DNA of 64,000 nucleotides from an uncultured Actinomycetes bacterium (GTDB lineage Bacteria > Actinomycetota > Thermoleophilia > Gaiellales > Gaiellaceae). The stretch spans positions 512,903-576,902 of the forward strand of contig CAVYMH010000002.1 of assembly GCA_963769645.1 (NCBI GenBank). The letters run 5' to 3'. Each line of letters starts with the position of its first letter. Within the stretch, counting starts at the first letter, position 1. Positions 43,250 through 51,570 of the stretch are shown piece by piece. A program made the translations under genes and the position numbers. The notes under the pieces were generated by a model. The model worked only from the letters and a program-made list of their open reading frames with translations, was not told the DNA's origin and did not search any database.

Positions 43250-43474
43250 AGTACGCCGCGATCGCCGCCGTCCACGTGTACCGCTGGACGCTCGGGCCCT
43301 TCCTCGGCGGGCTCCTGCAAGTACCACCCGAGCTGCTCGCAGTACGCCCTCGACGCGTTGCGGTCGCACGGCTTCCTCCGCGGCTCGGTGCTCGCCGGCT
43401 GGCGACTGCTTCGCTGCAATCCCTGGAGCCACGGCGGCGTCGACTTCGTCACTCACCAGAGGCTCTTCCGGTGA
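43246..43474 (+). CDS. yidD: membrane protein insertion efficiency factor YidD, 1 apparent frameshift at about 43300
   Basis: VKYAAIAAVHVYRWTLGPFLGG | GGSCKYHPSCSQYALDALRSHGFLRGSVLAGWRLLRCNPWSHGGVDFV. GTGA overlaps at both ends. Confidence 0.7.
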
Positions 43475-44274
43475 ACCCGCTCACCCCGATCGAGAACGTC
43501 CTCACCTGGCTGCTCGAGTGGCTGCACGTGACCGCGAACCTCCCGTGGGCGTGGGCGATCGTCGCGGTCACGATCATCGTGCGGATTCTGCTCGTGCCGC
43601 TGACGGTGCGCCAGATCCACTCGATGCAGCGGATGCAGGCGCACCTGCCCGAGATGAAGGCGATCCAGGCCAAGTACAAGGGCGACCGTGCGCGCCTGAA
43701 CCAGGAGCTGATGGCGTTCTACAAGGAGAACAAGATCAACCCGGCGGCCTCGTGCCTGCCGATCCTGGCGCAGATCCCGGTCTTCTTCGCGCTCTACTTC
43801 GTCCTCAAGGACTTCGAGGAGGAGATCTATCCCCAGTACCCGGGGACCGATCTCGGGTGGCTCGGCTTCGTCCCGGACATCACCGCCGCTGCGAACTCGC
43901 ACTGGTCGGGGTACCTCCTGCTCGCGATCTACGCGATCAGCCAGACGGCCTCGACGCTGCTGATGTCGAGCACGATGGACAGGACGCAGCGGACACTGCT
44001 GCTGATCCTCCCGCTGGCCTTCCTCTTCGTCGTCCTGAACTTCCCGGCCGGTCTCGTCCTCTACTGGGTGACGACCAACCTGTGGACCGTCGGCCAGGGC
44101 CTGATCACCCGGCGCCTGGCGCCGAAGCCGAAGCCACCCGAGAAGCGGTCCTCGCGGACGCCGCCGAAGGCGGTCGAGGCGACGGCGGATCCGGCCAAGC
44201 CCTCGGGCGAGCAGCCCAGGCCGGCAACCAAGCAGCAGCCACGCAAGGTCAAGAAGAAGCGGGCGAAACGGTGA
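43471..44274 (+). CDS. yidC: membrane protein insertase YidC (short actinobacterial form)
   Basis: VNPLTPIENVLTWLLEWLH...AIVAVTIIVRILLVPLTVRQIHSMQRMQAHLPEMKAIQAKYKGDRARLNQELMAFYKENKINPAASCLPILAQIPVFFALYFVL...LYWVTTNLWTVGQ. Basic C-terminal tail. Confidence 0.85.
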   Translation: MNPLTPIENVLTWLLEWLHVTANLPWAWAIVAVTIIVRILLVPLTVRQIHSMQRMQAHLPEMKAIQAKYKGDRARLNQELMAFYKENKINPAASCLPILAQIPVFFALYFVLKDFEEEIYPQYPGTDLGWLGFVPDITAAANSHWSGYLLLAIYAISQTASTLLMSSTMDRTQRTLLLILPLAFLFVVLNFPAGLVLYWVTTNLWTVGQGLITRRLAPKPKPPEKRSSRTPPKAVEATADPAKPSGEQPRPATKQQPRKVKKKRAKR

Positions 44275-44969
44275 GCGAGGAACTGCGGGCCGAGGGAACA
44301 GGCGAGACGGTGGGCGAGGCCAAGTGGGCGGCTCTGCGTGAGCTGGAGCGGCTCGAGCCCGGACTGGACAAGTCCTCCGTTCGATTCCAGGTGCTCTCGG
44401 AGGGCGAGCGCGGGCTCCTGGGAGTCGGCTACGAGCCCGCCCGGGTGCTCGCGAGCGTCGCTCGAGAGGACGGCGTGGCGCCGGCCTCTGCCCCCACGGC
44501 CGACCCCGCCGGCCCGGTCGCGGCCCGCACCCGCGAGGTGCTCGAGCGGATCGTGGAGGGGATCGGCGTGCGTTGCCGGATCGACCTGCACGAGGAAGAG
44601 GACGCTCTCGTCGCGACTTGCACGGCGGGCAATCTCGGCCTGCTGATCGGGAAGCACGGCCAGACGATCGACGCGGTGCAGTACCTGGTCAACGCCGCCG
44701 TGTCGAGGGCATATCCCGACGACCGCAAGCAGATCGTCGTGGATGCCTCCGGCTACCGCGCTCGCCGCGAGGCGACGCTGGCCTCGATCGCGCAGCGGAG
44801 CGCGGAGCGGGCGGTCGAGCTCGGCGACCGTGTCGAGCTGGAGCCGATGACCGCCGTCGAGCGCAAGGTCGTCCACCTCGCGCTGCGTGACCGCGAGGAC
44901 GTCGACACCACGAGCGAAGGCACCGAGCCGAACCGGTTCGTGGTCGTCATGCCCGCGGGCAGTGGATAG
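44271..44969 (+). CDS. jag: Jag/KhpB RNA-binding protein (KH and R3H domains)
   Basis: VSEELRAEGTGETVGEAKWAALRELE...LLIGKHGQTIDAVQYLVN...DASGYRARREATLASIAQRSAERAVELGDRVELEPMTAVERKVVHLAL (R3H). Confidence 0.8.
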   Translation: MSEELRAEGTGETVGEAKWAALRELERLEPGLDKSSVRFQVLSEGERGLLGVGYEPARVLASVAREDGVAPASAPTADPAGPVAARTREVLERIVEGIGVRCRIDLHEEEDALVATCTAGNLGLLIGKHGQTIDAVQYLVNAAVSRAYPDDRKQIVVDASGYRARREATLASIAQRSAERAVELGDRVELEPMTAVERKVVHLALRDREDVDTTSEGTEPNRFVVVMPAGSG

Positions 44970-45549
44970 CAGGCTCGAGCGCTGGCTCGCTGAGCTTCTC
45001 GACACGCCCGGCCTGACCGCGATCCGCGACCTCGAAGAGGCCCGCCGCGCGCTGCTCGACGATGCGCTGCGCGCGGCCGAGCTCGTCCGCTCGTGGGGAG
45101 GGCCGATCGTGGACGTCGGCTCGGGAGGCGGTACGCCCGGGATCCCGCTCGCCGCCGTCTTGCCGGAGCGCGAGGTGACGCTGCTCGAGGCGAACGGGCG
45201 CAAGTGCGAGTTCCTACGGCGGTGGGCGAGCGAGTTTTCGAACGTGCGGGTCGTCGAGGGTCGCGCCGAAGAACAGCCCGCGGACTCGTACGGCCTCGCG
45301 CTGGCGAAGGCTCTGGCCTCGCCGGTCGTAGCTGCGGAGTGGTGCCTCCCGCTCGTGCGGCCCGGCGGCGCGGCGATTCTCTGGGTCGGCCCCAGCGCAG
45401 ACGTGTCCCGGGTGGCTCGGGCGGCGGAGAAGCTCGGCGGCGGCCCCTTCGAGGAGCAGGCGGGATTGCTGGTGCTGACGAAGCTCGGCCCGACACCGGC
45501 GGGCTTCCCGCGACGGCCTGGCATGGCCCGGAAACGTCCGTTGGCCTGA
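44962..45549 (+). CDS. rsmG: 16S rRNA (guanine527-N7)-methyltransferase
   Basis: IVDVGSGGGTPGIPLA (SAM motif)...LLEANGRKCEFL... Confidence 0.85.
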   Translation: MDSRLERWLAELLDTPGLTAIRDLEEARRALLDDALRAAELVRSWGGPIVDVGSGGGTPGIPLAAVLPEREVTLLEANGRKCEFLRRWASEFSNVRVVEGRAEEQPADSYGLALAKALASPVVAAEWCLPLVRPGGAAILWVGPSADVSRVARAAEKLGGGPFEEQAGLLVLTKLGPTPAGFPRRPGMARKRPLA

Positions 45550-45568
45550 GTACCCTCGCGGGTCAGGC

Positions 45569-46324
45569 ATGCCGGGAAAGATCTACGCGATCGCGAATCA
45601 GAAGGGCGGGGTCGGCAAGACGACCACCGCGGTCAACCTCGCCGCCTGCCTCGCGGAGGCCGGCGAGCGTGTGCTGGTGGTCGACCTCGACCCGCAGGCC
45701 AACGCGACCTCGGGGCTCGGCGAGCGCGCCAACGGCGTTTCGAGCGCCGACCTGCTCGACGGGGCGCCCCTCGTCACGCTCACGCGGGAGACCAAGTTCC
45801 CGAAGCTCGATCTCGTCCCCTCGAAGGCCGATCTCGCCGGAACGGCGGCCGATCTCGCCCGCCGCGACAACGCCGAGCACTACCTGGCCGAGGCGCTGAA
45901 GGACGCGACCGACCGCTACGCCTTCGTGTTCGTCGACTGCCCTCCCGCACTCGGGCCGCTCACCGTGAACGCGCTGGCCGCCGCCGACCGCGTGCTCGTG
46001 CCGGTGCAGGCGGAGTACTACGCGCTCGAGGGGCTGTCGCAGCTCCTCTCCTCGGTCAACGCCGTCAAGGGCAGGCTGAACCCGCGGCTGTCGGTCGGCG
46101 GGGTGCTCCTGACGATGGTCGACGGGCGCACGCGGCTGTCGGCCGACGTCGCCGCCGAGCTCGAGCGCCATCTGGGCGAGCTGGTGTTCCGCACGCGCGT
46201 CCCGCGCTCGGTGCGGGTGGCGGAGGCCCCGAGCCACGGACTGCCGGTGATCGCCTACGACCGCCGCTCTGCGGGCGCCGAGGCCTACTGGAAGGTGGCG
46301 ATGGAGCTTGTCGAGCGCAGCTGA
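45569..46324 (+). CDS. parA: chromosome partitioning ATPase ParA/Soj
   Basis: KIYAIANQKGGVGKTTTAVNLA (deviant Walker A). Confidence 0.9.
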   Translation: MPGKIYAIANQKGGVGKTTTAVNLAACLAEAGERVLVVDLDPQANATSGLGERANGVSSADLLDGAPLVTLTRETKFPKLDLVPSKADLAGTAADLARRDNAEHYLAEALKDATDRYAFVFVDCPPALGPLTVNALAAADRVLVPVQAEYYALEGLSQLLSSVNAVKGRLNPRLSVGGVLLTMVDGRTRLSADVAAELERHLGELVFRTRVPRSVRVAEAPSHGLPVIAYDRRSAGAEAYWKVAMELVERS

Positions 46325-47164
46325 GCCCCAGCGCCGCGGCCTGGGCCGCGGCCTCGAGGTCCTGCTCGGCGGCGGCGGCGGCGAGCCGGAGCTCGCGCAC
46401 CTGCCGGTGGAGATGATCCACCCGAACCCGCGCCAGCCCCGTCGCCGCTTCGACGGCGAGGCTACGAGCGGCCTGGCCGATTCGATCCGCTCGCAGGGCG
46501 TCGTGCAGCCCGTGCTGGTTCGGCCACGGCCCGCGGGCGGCTTCGAGCTGATCGCGGGCGAGCGACGCTGGCGCGCCGCACGCGAGGCCGGGGTTGCGAC
46601 CGTCCCCGCACTCGTGCGCCAGGCCGACGAGCGGGACGCCCTGCTGCTGGGCCTGGTCGAGAACGTGGCACGCGAGCAGCTCTCGCCGGTGGAGGAAGCT
46701 CGCGCGTACGCGTTGCTCCTCGACGAGTTCGGCCTGGCGCTCGGTGAGATCGGGGAGCGGGTCGGACGCTCGAAGCCGTCGGTCTCGAACCGGCTGCGCT
46801 TGCTCGACCTGCCCGACGACGTGCTGGCGCTGCTCGAGCGCGGCGAGCTCACGGAGGGGCACGCCCGAGCGGTGCTCGCGGTTCAGGGCCACGAGGATCG
46901 ACGGCGGCTTGCCCGGCTGATCGTCCGCCGCGGCCTGTCGGTGCGCGCCGCCGAGCGCGCCGCCAGGTGGGCCGGCGCTCGTACGAAGCCGCAGGAAGCC
47001 GCGGCAGGCGCCGCTCGGATCCGGCGCTCGCCGAGCGCGCCCGGGCCGCCGCCGAGACGCTGACCGGTCTGACCGCCCGCGTGTCCGCCGGACGCCTCGA
47101 GATTCGCTTCGCCGACGAGCACGATCTCGCCCAGCTCGTCGAGTCCCTCGAGCGCCGCCCGTAA
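46308..47164 (+). CDS. parB: chromosome partitioning protein ParB/Spo0J, 1 apparent frameshift at about 47000
   Basis: IHPNPRQPRRRFD...GVVQPVLVRP...GFELIAGERRWRAA (ParB box)...LSVRAAER; C-terminus in ORF 46967..47164. Confidence 0.85.
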
Positions 47165-47194
47165 CTCCAGGCTCGCCCCGCCCGTTAGGGGTCC

Positions 47195-47443
47195 ATGCTC
47201 GCGTCATGGATGGAGGACATCGAGTCCCTGCAGGAAATCGCGGAGAACGACTCTGCGCGCCGTCTCTTCCTGCGCATGGCGCAGTTTTCCCGCGAGGGCC
47301 GGCTGGAGCCCTTCCTGATCGAGCTGGCCGCCGACGACGAGCTGGACGACGGCACGAAGGGAGCGGTCGTGGAGCTCGCCAACGACCACACATTCCTGGT
47401 CGCCGTCGAGGAATACCTGCGCTCGACGCAGCGCGTTCACTGA
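47195..47443 (+). CDS. hypothetical acidic protein (82 aa)
   Basis: Clean ORF with GC3-rich codon usage and no recognisable domain; it lies between parB and tRNA-Ile. Confidence 0.45.
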   Translation: MLASWMEDIESLQEIAENDSARRLFLRMAQFSREGRLEPFLIELAADDELDDGTKGAVVELANDHTFLVAVEEYLRSTQRVH

Positions 47444-47472
47444 GCGGCTCGGCTACAATCGCGCCGCTCCCG

Positions 47473-47545
47473 GGCGATTAGCTCAGTTGGTTAGAGCGCC
47501 GCTCTGATAAGGCGGAGGTCCGTGGTTCGAATCCACGATCGCCCA
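47473..47545 (+). tRNA. tRNA-Ile (anticodon GAU)
   Basis: GGGCGATTAGCTCAGTTGGTTAGAGCGCCGCTCTGATAAGGCGGAGGTCCGTGGTTCGAATCCACGATCGCCCA folds into a canonical cloverleaf: acceptor GGGCGAT/ATCGCCC, D-stem GCTC/GAGC, anticodon loop CTGATAA, T-stem CGTGG/CCACG. Confidence 0.9.
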
Positions 47546-47552
47546 CTCCGAA

Positions 47553-47577
47553 AGGCCCTGGTGACAGGGTCTTTTTG
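47553..47577 (+). terminator. putative intrinsic terminator after tRNA-Ile
   Basis: GGCCCTGgtgaCAGGGTCTTTTTG: a short GC stem followed by a T-tract. Confidence 0.4.
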
Positions 47578-47624
47578 CTGTCGGGGCACGGCGGCGCCCG
47601 GAGGGGGATACGGTTGGCCGTGTC

Positions 47625-47963
47625 ATGCACGGGTTCGACGTCCAGGCCGTCAAGGAGAGGCTCCAGGCCGCGAGCGGCGGTTACGAGATCGTCCACGAGT
47701 CGCCGGGGCTCGAGGTGGGCGTCTACGTCCTCGTCGCCCCCGAGCCGGACCACCAGCAGCCGCACGAGGACGACGAGCTCTACGTGGTCCTCGAAGGGCG
47801 AGGCGTTCTCGAGATCGAAGGCGTGGAGACACAGGTCGCCGAAGGCACCGCGGTCTTCGTCGAGGCGGGTGCAGAGCACCGCTTCACGGGCTACGAAGGC
47901 CTGTGCGTCCTCGTCATCTTCGCTCGCCGGCAGACGGTGCAGGGCTCTCTCGGCGAGGTTTGA
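47625..47963 (+). CDS. cupin domain protein
   Basis: 112 aa; HEDDELYVVLEGRGVLEIEGVETQVAEGTAVFVEAGAEHRF (cupin_2 motifs). Confidence 0.6.
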   Translation: MHGFDVQAVKERLQAASGGYEIVHESPGLEVGVYVLVAPEPDHQQPHEDDELYVVLEGRGVLEIEGVETQVAEGTAVFVEAGAEHRFTGYEGLCVLVIFARRQTVQGSLGEV

Positions 47964-47998
47964 CCGTTGAGCCGCTGAGCTAAGCTGATCAAGGCGCG

Positions 47999-48505
47999 AT
48001 GATCGAGATGGTCATCTACGGGGTCAGCTTCGACCTGGTCGGCAAGCAGCCGATCGTGCTGCTCAAGACCGCGGACGGGAACAAGTTCCTGCCGATCTGG
48101 ATCGGTCATCCCGAGGCGGCCGCGATCCTGATGAAGCTCCAGGGGGCGTCGACGCCGCGGCCGATGACGCACGACCTCGTGGCGGACATGCTCGAGCAGC
48201 TCGACGCGCAGGTGACCCGGATCACCGTCACCGAGCTGAAGGACAACACGTTCTACGCCAGCATCACCGTGGCGCAGAACGGCTCCGAGATCGAGATCGA
48301 CTCGCGGCCCTCCGACGCGATCGCGCTCGCCGTGCGCGCCGAGGCCCCGATCTACGCGAACGAGCGCGTGATCGAGGAGTCGGCGATCGAGTTCGAGGGC
48401 GAAGAGGTCAACGAGGAAGAGATCGTGGACGAGTTCCGCAAGTTCCTCGACGATGTCTCGCCCGACGAGTTCGCCGTCGAGGAAGACGACGGCGAAACCC
48501 GCTAG
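47999..48505 (+). CDS. bifunctional nuclease family protein (BFN/DUF151)
   Basis: 168 aa; PIVLLKTADGNKFLPIWIGHPEAAAI...RPMTHDLV...VTELKDNTFYASI...IDSRPSDAIALAVRAEAPIY. Acidic C-terminal tail. Confidence 0.75.
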   Translation: MIEMVIYGVSFDLVGKQPIVLLKTADGNKFLPIWIGHPEAAAILMKLQGASTPRPMTHDLVADMLEQLDAQVTRITVTELKDNTFYASITVAQNGSEIEIDSRPSDAIALAVRAEAPIYANERVIEESAIEFEGEEVNEEEIVDEFRKFLDDVSPDEFAVEEDDGETR

Positions 48506-49155
48506 AGCGCCACTGAAACGGTCAGCGCGAAGCCATTGAAGGCGGCGTGCAGGAGGATCGGCGGGTACACGCTGTCCGTGCGCTCCCGCAGGAACGCCAG
48601 GCCCATTCCAAACAGCGCCAGGATCGGCAGCGCCTCGATCAGCCCGTGCGCGAGACCGAACGCGAGGCCGACGCCGATGATCGCCGAGGCCATCCCGTAG
48701 GGGCGGAGCAGGCTGTAGCCCAGCCCGCGATAGGTGAGCTCCTCGACGAGGGGCGCGATTCCGACGACGACGACCGTATTGGCGGCGAACGCGGCAGCCC
48801 GGTCGGCGTCCCATGTGGACGGCGTCAGGCCCTGCTCCTCGCCGGCATCGAGGAACGGGTCGAGCGCAGCACCGACGATCAGCACGAGGACGAGTACCCC
48901 GAACGCCAGTCCGAGCGCTGTCTTCCAGGACCGCGGCGGCCGCAGGGCGAAAAGCTCCCGCACGGGCGCACCGCGCGCGATCAGCAGGACGAGCCCGAGC
49001 ACGAACGCGTAGACGATCGCCGCCGAGGCGGCCGTCCCCCACTGGTAGAGCGCATCCTCCGGAGGCCGCCCTCCCGAGGCGCGGCTCGCGTACGCGAGCA
49101 GGGCGAGCACGCCAACCAGCACCCACCACCACGTGAGCCGGCGGGGATCGCCGCG
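48502..49155 (-). CDS. CPBP family intramembrane metalloprotease (CAAX protease/Abi domain)
   Basis: EELTYRGLGYSLL...GLAFGLAHG...HAAFNG. The C-terminal third of ORF 48502..50370. Start uncertain. Confidence 0.6.
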   Translation of the reverse strand, partial: RGDPRRLTWWWVLVGVLALLAYASRASGGRPPEDALYQWGTAASAAIVYAFVLGLVLLIARGAPVRELFALRPPRSWKTALGLAFGVLVLVLIVGAALDPFLDAGEEQGLTPSTWDADRAAAFAANTVVVVGIAPLVEELTYRGLGYSLLRPYGMASAIIGVGLAFGLAHGLIEALPILALFGMGLAFLRERTDSVYPPILLHAAFNGFALTVSVAL

Positions 49156-49157
49156 GA

Positions 49158-50370
49158 CTACGCCACCCACTGCCACAGGGCCCACTGTGCCACCGAGACG
49201 CCCAGGAGCAGCGCGCTGACCGCCACGATTGCCGTGTGGACGCGCCCGTTTCGGCCGAGCCAGGCGAGGGCGAGGAAGAACGGAAAGACGACGAGGCCGA
49301 ATCGCGGGAGCGACAGCAGCGGCCAGCGCTCGCTCGGGACGCTGAGCGGGATCGCCAGGCTCGTCGCGCAGAAGACGCCGTACGGCGCGCCGAACCGGCG
49401 CCAGGCGACGACGGTCAGCAGGACGAAGAGCACGAGGAACGCGAGCCCCTGGAGGTTGAGCGCGGCGACGCGATCGGGGTCGCTGTTCTGGACGGCGCTC
49501 CAGTAGACGTGGGTGTCCGATCCGGAGGCCAGCTGCCGGATCCCGGCCCAGCCCGCACGCACTCCGTCCCAGATCCCCCCGAGCGGGCCGACCGGAGAGA
49601 GGTGCCGCGTCCAGATCCCCTGCGCTCGCATGAACGCCCACGGGTCCCCGACCTCGCGCCAGAGGTACAGCGGGTAGAGGGCGAAGAGGGCCGGCGCCAC
49701 CGCCAGCGACGCGAGCGCGCGACCTCGCTGCGGCGAGCGCCAGGCGATGATCGCGAGCGCCGGGAGGAGTGCGAATCCGGCCGGCCGCGTGAGCAGCGCC
49801 AAACCGGTCAGCCCGCCCGCTCCGAGGAACCGCCCACGTTCGGCGGCGAGGAACGCGGCCAGCGTGAGCAGCAGGAAGAGCGCCTCGCTGTAGACCGCCT
49901 GCAGGAAGAAGGCCATCGGGAAGACGCGCCAGATAGAGGACGGCGCGGCGGGCTCCCTCCGCTCCGAGCCGGCTCTCGGCCAGGCGGTAGAGCAGGACGC
50001 ATGCACCGAGCGCCGCCGCCAGCGAGACGAGGATTCCGGCGGTCACGTAGTGGCCTCCGAGCGCCCGCCCCGTGAGGGCGACCGCGGCCGGATACGCGGG
50101 ATAGAACGCAGAGGCCGCCCGCTCGACCGAGCCGTAACCCTGCTCGGCGATGCGCAGGAACCAGACGCTGTCCCAGCGGGCCCAGACATCCGTCACCAGC
50201 CCGAGGTCGCGGGTGACGGCCGGGTCGTCCCACTCCTCGGCCCGCGGGTGTCGGTTCGGCTCGAAGACGAGGAGCGCGAAGACGGCGGCCGCCCAGATCG
50301 CCGCACGGCTCCAGAGGAAGATTTCGATCGCCGACCGCGATCCCTCGGGAGCCCGTTGGACAGGTCGCAC
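49158..50370 (-). CDS. integral membrane mannosyltransferase-like protein (PIG-V/Gpi18-like), 1 apparent frameshift at about 50000
   Basis: DSVWFLRIAEQGYGSVERAASAFYPAYP... then ORF 49158..50006 with about 8 TM helices. Confidence 0.5.
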
Positions 50371-50408
50371 GGCGCTCGATCCTAGATGCGGCGTATAGCT
50401 TCAGGCCC

Positions 50409-50816
50409 GTGGCTCCCCGCTACTTCACCACTGCCGAGGCCAATTCGGCCCTCGACGAGGTGCGGCCACTGGCCGAGCGGATGGTCGCTCACCGCCGAGA
50501 GGTCGCCGTGCTCCTCAGCCGCCGCGCCGAGCTCAGCACCACGATTGCGGGAAACGGCGGCGACCTCGACCCCGGCGAGCTCGCGCGGGTCGAGGCCGAG
50601 CTGGCCGAGCAGGCGAAGGGGGTCGCCCTCTGCGTGAACGAGATCCACGGTCACGGCGCCCAGGTGAAGGACGCCGACGAAGGGCTCGTGGACTTTCCAG
50701 CCCTCCGCGGCGGCGAGGAGATTCTCCTCTGCTGGAAGCTCGGCGAGGACGAGATCGAGTTCTGGCACGGGCTCGAGGAGGGCTTCGCCGGCCGACGCCC
50801 GCTGGACGAGCTCTAG
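50409..50816 (+). CDS. DUF2203-like hypothetical protein
   Basis: 135 aa; helical, acidic; typical of small conserved actinobacterial proteins. Confidence 0.5.
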   Translation: MAPRYFTTAEANSALDEVRPLAERMVAHRREVAVLLSRRAELSTTIAGNGGDLDPGELARVEAELAEQAKGVALCVNEIHGHGAQVKDADEGLVDFPALRGGEEILLCWKLGEDEIEFWHGLEEGFAGRRPLDEL

Positions 50817-50847
50817 GAGCGCCAAGCCCACCGTCGAAGATGAGCCC

Positions 50848-51570
50848 GTGGAGTGGGAGCGGATCATCACGGCCGCGGTCGTCGTCGGCGTCACCCTGGT
50901 CGCGGCCCGCCTGATCGACCGGCGCATGGCACGACGCGAGCTGGCGCCCGAGGCGATGACGCGCTACCGCGTGCTGCGCCGGAGCATCACGGCCGCGATC
51001 GTCGCGGTCGGCATCCTCTCCGCGCTGCTCGTGATCCCGCAGGTGCGAGCGGCGGCCGGCGCGATCCTCGCTTCGGGAGCGGTGATCGGGCTCGTGGTCG
51101 GCTTCGCCGCCCAGAAGACGCTCGGCAACTTCATCGCGGGCCTCCTGATCGCGTTCACGCAGCCGCTGCGGATCGGCGACCAGGTCGAGATCGACGGGAC
51201 GGCCGGCGTCGTCGAGGAGATCGGCCTGACCTACACGTTCATCCGCACGCGCGACGATGTCAGGCTCGTGATCCCGAACGAGAAGCTTGCCTCGGATACC
51301 ATCAAGAACGCTTCCATCGTCAGCCGCGAGAAGTTGGCCCAGGTGACGCTGAACGTACCTCTCGACAAGGATCTGTCTGCCGCGGTCGACGCACTCCGAG
51401 TGCTGGTCGACGACGCTCCGCGTGGCGCCGTGCTCGTGAGCGAGCTCGGCGACAAGGCGACGATCACCGTGCGCGCCTCGGCGGACGACGCCGCCGACGC
51501 CGAGCAGCTCGAGAGCGAGTTGCGGCTCCGAGCGCACGCACGCCTACGTGAGGCTGGAGTCCTGACGTGA
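50848..51570 (+). CDS. small-conductance mechanosensitive channel (MscS family)
   Basis: 240 aa, 2 TM helices, then PLRIGDQVEIDGTAGVVEEIGLTYTFIRTRDDVRLVIPNEKL. Confidence 0.8.
   Translation: MEWERIITAAVVVGVTLVAARLIDRRMARRELAPEAMTRYRVLRRSITAAIVAVGILSALLVIPQVRAAAGAILASGAVIGLVVGFAAQKTLGNFIAGLLIAFTQPLRIGDQVEIDGTAGVVEEIGLTYTFIRTRDDVRLVIPNEKLASDTIKNASIVSREKLAQVTLNVPLDKDLSAAVDALRVLVDDAPRGAVLVSELGDKATITVRASADDAADAEQLESELRLRAHARLREAGVLT

Noticed and set aside
42661-44274. 537-aa ORF starting [10 protein letters not shown]
   Set aside because: A fused readthrough frame. Its 5' third is off-frame sequence across rpmH, rnpA and yidD. Only the last 267 aa (yidC) is real in this frame.
47473-47545. tRNA-Ile as part of an rRNA operon spacer
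   Set aside because: No 16S 3' end or 23S 5' end sequences flank it. It is flanked by protein-coding genes.
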